This document shows, piece by piece, positions 59,982 through 64,000 of a DNA stretch of 64,000 nt; positions within the stretch are counted from its first letter, which is position 1, and each line of letters starts with the position of its first letter. A program made the translations under genes and the position numbers. Where the stretch lies: contig CAVYSW010000003.1 of the NCBI GenBank assembly GCA_963771275.1, forward strand, positions 352,001-416,000, read 5' to 3'. Under the pieces are notes generated by a model, which did no database searches, was not told the DNA's origin, and was given only the letters and a program-made list of their open reading frames with translations. This DNA comes from an uncultured Gemmatimonadales bacterium (lineage in GTDB: Bacteria > Gemmatimonadota > Gemmatimonadetes > Gemmatimonadales > GWC2-71-9).

Positions 59982-62900
59982 TTACTGCGCGTCGCCGCGG
60001 ATGACCACGAACTTGCCGCGTGCCCGGAGCGCTGCGCTGGCCGGGTTGTTTGGGTCGCTGGGCGCGGTCAACACCCAGAGGTAGAGCCCGCTGGCGATGT
60101 CGATCCCTTCACGGGTCTTGAGATCCCAGAACAGGTCGCCGTCGCCGAGCAGATCGGCAGGCTCCCACGTGATCTGCTGCACCAGCTGCCCCGCCACGGT
60201 GTAGATCCGCATCGTTCCGCGCGAAGGCACGTTGGTGAACAGCAGGCGCGAGTTCGTCACGTTCGCCTGGTACGCCGAGAAGATCACGAACGGGTTCGGC
60301 ACCACTCTGATCAGCGCCAGCGCCGAGTCCGTGATCGCGGTGATCTGGTCCCCCGTCACGGCCGCGTTCACGGTGAACGCGTACTCGGTCGTGGGCGTGA
60401 AGCCCAGGTAGTAGCCGAATCGGGTCTTGTCGCCGTTGCGCATCGGGTCGTAGCCCGTGGCCCCGGGCGTCGCCAGCGGCACCGGATTGCACGATTCGCG
60501 GATCTGATCGCAACCCAGCACTGCTTTCGAAAACGTCATGGCCCGTCGCGTGCGCTGCACCGGCTGCCCAGTGGCATCCAGCACCAGCCCATGCGGGGTC
60601 GTCGAGTCTTCCACGATGTCCTCGATGAAGTACAGCGCGTCGCCGGGCACCCACACGTCTGCCGGCACCGCCACCGAAATCGTGTCCTGGACGCTCCCCA
60701 GCACTACTCGGCTCAACAGTCGTCGCACCATCGCGACCTCGACCGGCCGGTCGAACGTCCTGTTCTGGATGGTGAACGGCAGCTTCACCGCCACGAGCTC
60801 GGCCTGCGCGACGCCCAGGAGATCCGCCGTCGTCTGATCCGTGAGGCCCGTCGACCCCACCGCCCGGGCCTCCAGCGCCGCCTGGACCTCGGCCTGCGTT
60901 GTCGCCGGGTTAACCAGGTCCAGCACGAACCCCCGCTGCGCTCCGTACGGATCGTCCACCCAGGAGACCTCGTAGTTCCCGCCCCCGTCGATTGCCCGGG
61001 TGGACGAGGCTTCCCGCCACTGCACCATGTTGGCGTTCACCCTGCCCCGCGGCACGATCGTGTCCGACGCGAACAGCTTGAGCTCCGCGCGCGATTCCTC
61101 GCCCCGGTACTGCGACTCGGGGCCCGGGCAGGACACAAAGTTCGTCGGGCAGGTGGTGATGTTGATGTTCCCCTTCACCGAGTTGTCGGCGTTGATCGTG
61201 AAGCCCGGATACTGCGCCCGGCCAAACAGCGTCGTGGGCGTCGCCTTGTCGGCCGTCAGGGTCGTGCTGCCGAATACCGGCGTCCCGTTCACCTCCGCCA
61301 GCACGAAGGCCAGCCCGGTGTCCGGAGCGGTCCGGCCGTACAGCGTCGCCATGCGGGTCGTGTCACTCGTTACCGTCGACCCGAGGTTTCCCACGGCGGT
61401 CCCCGTCACCAGGAACACTTCCGGCCCGGTGTAGGTGAACGACTCCCGGCGGATGACCGAATCCACGCTGGCGCCGGCCACGTCCACCGTGTCGCGGCGT
61501 TGGATGGTCACGAGCGACCGGAACGCCTGGTGGGTTGCGGTGTTGGAATCCCGCTCCACCAGGATCTCGGTCCCGAACACCGCGCGGTACGACTGGGTCG
61601 CCACGTTCTCGCTCAGGCTCAGCGTGAACGGCACCGTCGAAATCGGCGCCGCCGTCGTGTCCGCCCAGGCGGACTGGAAGCCGGCCGGATGGCTCGCCGG
61701 CACGAAGACCGACACCACGTTCGGGTCCGAGGTCGAGCGCGACAGCGAGTTGGCGATGGCTGGCTCAAACGTGTACGAGATCGGCGCGTCGCTGAGGGTA
61801 TCCGCCTTCAGCAGCAACGTGACGCCGCGCGACCGCCCGACGATGGCGTACAGATACGTGCGGCCGCCGTCCACGTTCCCGTCCGAGAACACGTTGGGGA
61901 TGTCCCCCTTGTTGGCGTCCACGTCGAAGATCGAGTACGGCCGCCACCCGAACCCACTGCTCGCGGTGTCGGTGACCTGGGTCGGGTCGCCGTCGCAGTC
62001 GCCGTCGGCGGTCCAGGAAGTGCCGCCGTTGCACGACTTGTAGATCTCGAGCCGCCGCAGGTTGTGCCGCGCCAGCGATCGGAGCGAATCCGCCAGCCAA
62101 GGATTCGCCGTGCGGAGCTGCCCATACAGGGCGGTCGGCGGCGCGGCATCGATGTCGTCCGCCGTCTTCGCCAGGAACGCGTCGACCCACACTTCGGGAG
62201 CGTCGGAGAAGAAGATCCGGACCGACGGGTTGGCCGAGCCGAATTGATCGGTGCCGGCAACCAGCTGCGTCGAAACCACGTCCACCGGGGGCGGGGCGTC
62301 CGGCGCCAGGAAGAAGCTCATGTACAGGTCGCTGACAGCCTTGACCTGCGACCAGAACGCCGTCGAGTCACCGTCCCCCACCATGGCATAGATCAGCGAC
62401 GTGGTGTCGCCCGCCGCCAGCTTGAACGGCCCGAACGACTGGAGCCCACCGATGTTCCCCCGGCGGTTGATCCACCCGCCCGGCATCGTGTCCGAATCCA
62501 CCCCCGCGCAGCCCAGCCGGCCGCAGGTGTTGAGCGCCAGTGTGTCCGGGATGCCGTCGTGGTTGTAGTCCCACGCCGGGGTCGCCGGCGGCACGTACTT
62601 GTTGTAGTGCACCTTGTTGCTGGTCCAGTCCTCGCTCCGGAACACCGTCCACAGCGTGCGGTCGGGCTGCGAATTGGGGTCGCGGCCGTCGTTCGTGAGG
62701 TTCTCGTCGGCCGCCACGTAGCCGAACGTGGCCTTGGCCCCGGTGGCGAACGTATAGTTGTAAGCGTTCGCGTAGTCCCCGAAGCCCTGGCGGTTGAACG
62801 TGATCGTGTCGCCCGCCAGCGGGTGCCCCGGCCGGCAGAACTTATCCACGCCCACCGTGCACGGCGTTCCGGCCAGCGTCCGGGTGAACAGCTTGTTCCG

Positions 62901-64000
62901 CAGGTCGCCGAGCGGGCTCTTCAACATCATGATCGCGAGCGCGCCCGCTCGGTAGGAGCGGGTGTTTGACGTCGGCCCGGTGCACCCGTTGCCGTCCGGG
63001 CGGCGGAAGGACTGGTCGCACGGACCGCCCGCCCCCTGGACGTTCGAGTTGTGCATGACGACCATCCCCTTGTCGGGCAGTGCGTACCGGGAGCCGTTCT
63101 GGTCAGACATCAGCTCGCCGTACCCAAACCCGAAGTAGAGCGAGTCGTAGTCGATCCCCGCGCCCCAGATGTCCTCCGACCGGTTGATGATCGAGACCTG
63201 CACGAAGTACGCGTCGTTGACCGTCGGCACCCCGAAGTTGAACGCCTCGAAGTGGAGCTTGAGCCCCAGCGGATACCCCTGCAGGATCGGCGTGCCCGTC
63301 CCGCCCGGCACGACGGCGCCGTAGTTCGGCAGGATGTCGGAGCTGTAGTCGCTGGTCTCGCCGTAGGTGTGCATCCGGCTCCCGAGGAACGGCTTGTCGA
63401 GCCGCTGGTTCTCCGCCGGCACGCGCCAGAAGTCGAACGCGAAGTTGTCGCCCTGGGCGTCGAACAGCGTCTTGTAGCCCGCCTCGTCGATCGGGTGCGC
63501 GCCCTTCCACCCGTCACTGCCCCACGTGTCCGGACAGTCCGAGCCCGGCAGCAATTGCAGCCCGGTCGTGTAGAACCCGTTGAACCGGCCCGTATGGTCT
63601 TTGCACGAGCCGTCGGCCGTGTTGGTGGCCCCGGAGAACATCTTGCCCAGGGTGCCGTCGGCCGGCCCGATCCGCCGCGGGGCGCCCAGCACCACGGCGT
63701 TGTAGCCGCCCGTCCAGCCGCCGCCCCTGGCGTTGGCGATCGACGGCGCGACCTGCTTGATCTTCACGTACGCTTCGGGCGGCGCCGCCAGGAGCCATTC
63801 CATCTCGAACACCGGCGCGTACCAGGCGTTTTGGGCCGGCGAGAAGATCGTATTCCCCTGGCAGTTCCGCAGCACCGTGGTGCAGTCGGCGTAGTTGCTG
63901 AGCGCCGAGCCGAACCGGCCCGTCGAGCGCATGCCGGAAAACGCGGCGTCGCCGCCGCCGAACAGGTTGAAGCCCCGCCGCACGGTCCGGGTGTCGAAAT
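59982..64000 (-). CDS. large secreted protein with T9SS-like C-terminal sorting domain (5' end beyond the window)
   Basis: Frame open to the window edge; C-terminus IRVVPNPF...MRIYTVAGQLV...WDLKT...IASGLYL...GKFVVIR; many Cys pairs; DYNHDGIPD Ca-binding-like loop. Confidence 0.85.
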   Translation of the reverse strand, partial: FDTRTVRRGFNLFGGGDAAFSGMRSTGRFGSALSNYADCTTVLRNCQGNTIFSPAQNAWYAPVFEMEWLLAAPPEAYVKIKQVAPSIANARGGGWTGGYNAVVLGAPRRIGPADGTLGKMFSGATNTADGSCKDHTGRFNGFYTTGLQLLPGSDCPDTWGSDGWKGAHPIDEAGYKTLFDAQGDNFAFDFWRVPAENQRLDKPFLGSRMHTYGETSDYSSDILPNYGAVVPGGTGTPILQGYPLGLKLHFEAFNFGVPTVNDAYFVQVSIINRSEDIWGAGIDYDSLYFGFGYGELMSDQNGSRYALPDKGMVVMHNSNVQGAGGPCDQSFRRPDGNGCTGPTSNTRSYRAGALAIMMLKSPLGDLRNKLFTRTLAGTPCTVGVDKFCRPGHPLAGDTITFNRQGFGDYANAYNYTFATGAKATFGYVAADENLTNDGRDPNSQPDRTLWTVFRSEDWTSNKVHYNKYVPPATPAWDYNHDGIPDTLALNTCGRLGCAGVDSDTMPGGWINRRGNIGGLQSFGPFKLAAGDTTSLIYAMVGDGDSTAFWSQVKAVSDLYMSFFLAPDAPPPVDVVSTQLVAGTDQFGSANPSVRIFFSDAPEVWVDAFLAKTADDIDAAPPTALYGQLRTANPWLADSLRSLARHNLRRLEIYKSCNGGTSWTADGDCDGDPTQVTDTASSGFGWRPYSIFDVDANKGDIPNVFSDGNVDGGRTYLYAIVGRSRGVTLLLKADTLSDAPISYTFEPAIANSLSRSTSDPNVVSVFVPASHPAGFQSAWADTTAAPISTVPFTLSLSENVATQSYRAVFGTEILVERDSNTATHQAFRSLVTIQRRDTVDVAGASVDSVIRRESFTYTGPEVFLVTGTAVGNLGSTVTSDTTRMATLYGRTAPDTGLAFVLAEVNGTPVFGSTTLTADKATPTTLFGRAQYPGFTINADNSVKGNINITTCPTNFVSCPGPESQYRGEESRAELKLFASDTIVPRGRVNANMVQWREASSTRAIDGGGNYEVSWVDDPYGAQRGFVLDLVNPATTQAEVQAALEARAVGSTGLTDQTTADLLGVAQAELVAVKLPFTIQNRTFDRPVEVAMVRRLLSRVVLGSVQDTISVAVPADVWVPGDALYFIEDIVEDSTTPHGLVLDATGQPVQRTRRAMTFSKAVLGCDQIRESCNPVPLATPGATGYDPMRNGDKTRFGYYLGFTPTTEYAFTVNAAVTGDQITAITDSALALIRVVPNPFVIFSAYQANVTNSRLLFTNVPSRGTMRIYTVAGQLVQQITWEPADLLGDGDLFWDLKTREGIDIASGLYLWVLTAPSDPNNPASAALRARGKFVVIRGDAQ

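Overview
High-GC, densely coding bacterial chromosomal segment. Gene content and style suggest Gemmatimonadota (inference, not verified). No rRNA, tRNA, CRISPR array, transposase or phage gene was recognisable. Housekeeping genes: pepE, thx, HU, tdk, coaE, gcvH/gcvP, a LipM/LplA-like ligase, an Opp/Dpp-type ABC transporter, a hybrid histidine kinase, a ThiO-like oxidase, lipA-pdhABC-lpdA-lipB, several peptidases, and dnaE-accA-ricT-metG-M23. Four loci stand out. (1) An archaeal-type end-resection operon nurA-herA-(secreted orf)-mre11-rad50 at 4.0-11.4 kb. (2) A surface-protein cluster at 55.4-64 kb: a >1330-aa protein with a T9SS-like C-terminal sorting domain, then a PorV/PorQ-like barrel, an OMP and two lipoproteins. 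A second cargo/PorV-like pair lies at 43-46 kb. (3) An apparently catalytically dead DEAD-box-like protein that retains a DbpA RNA-binding domain. (4) A promoter-linked ~130-nt leader upstream of tdk with two alternative folds. All family calls come from motif recognition by eye; no searches were run.
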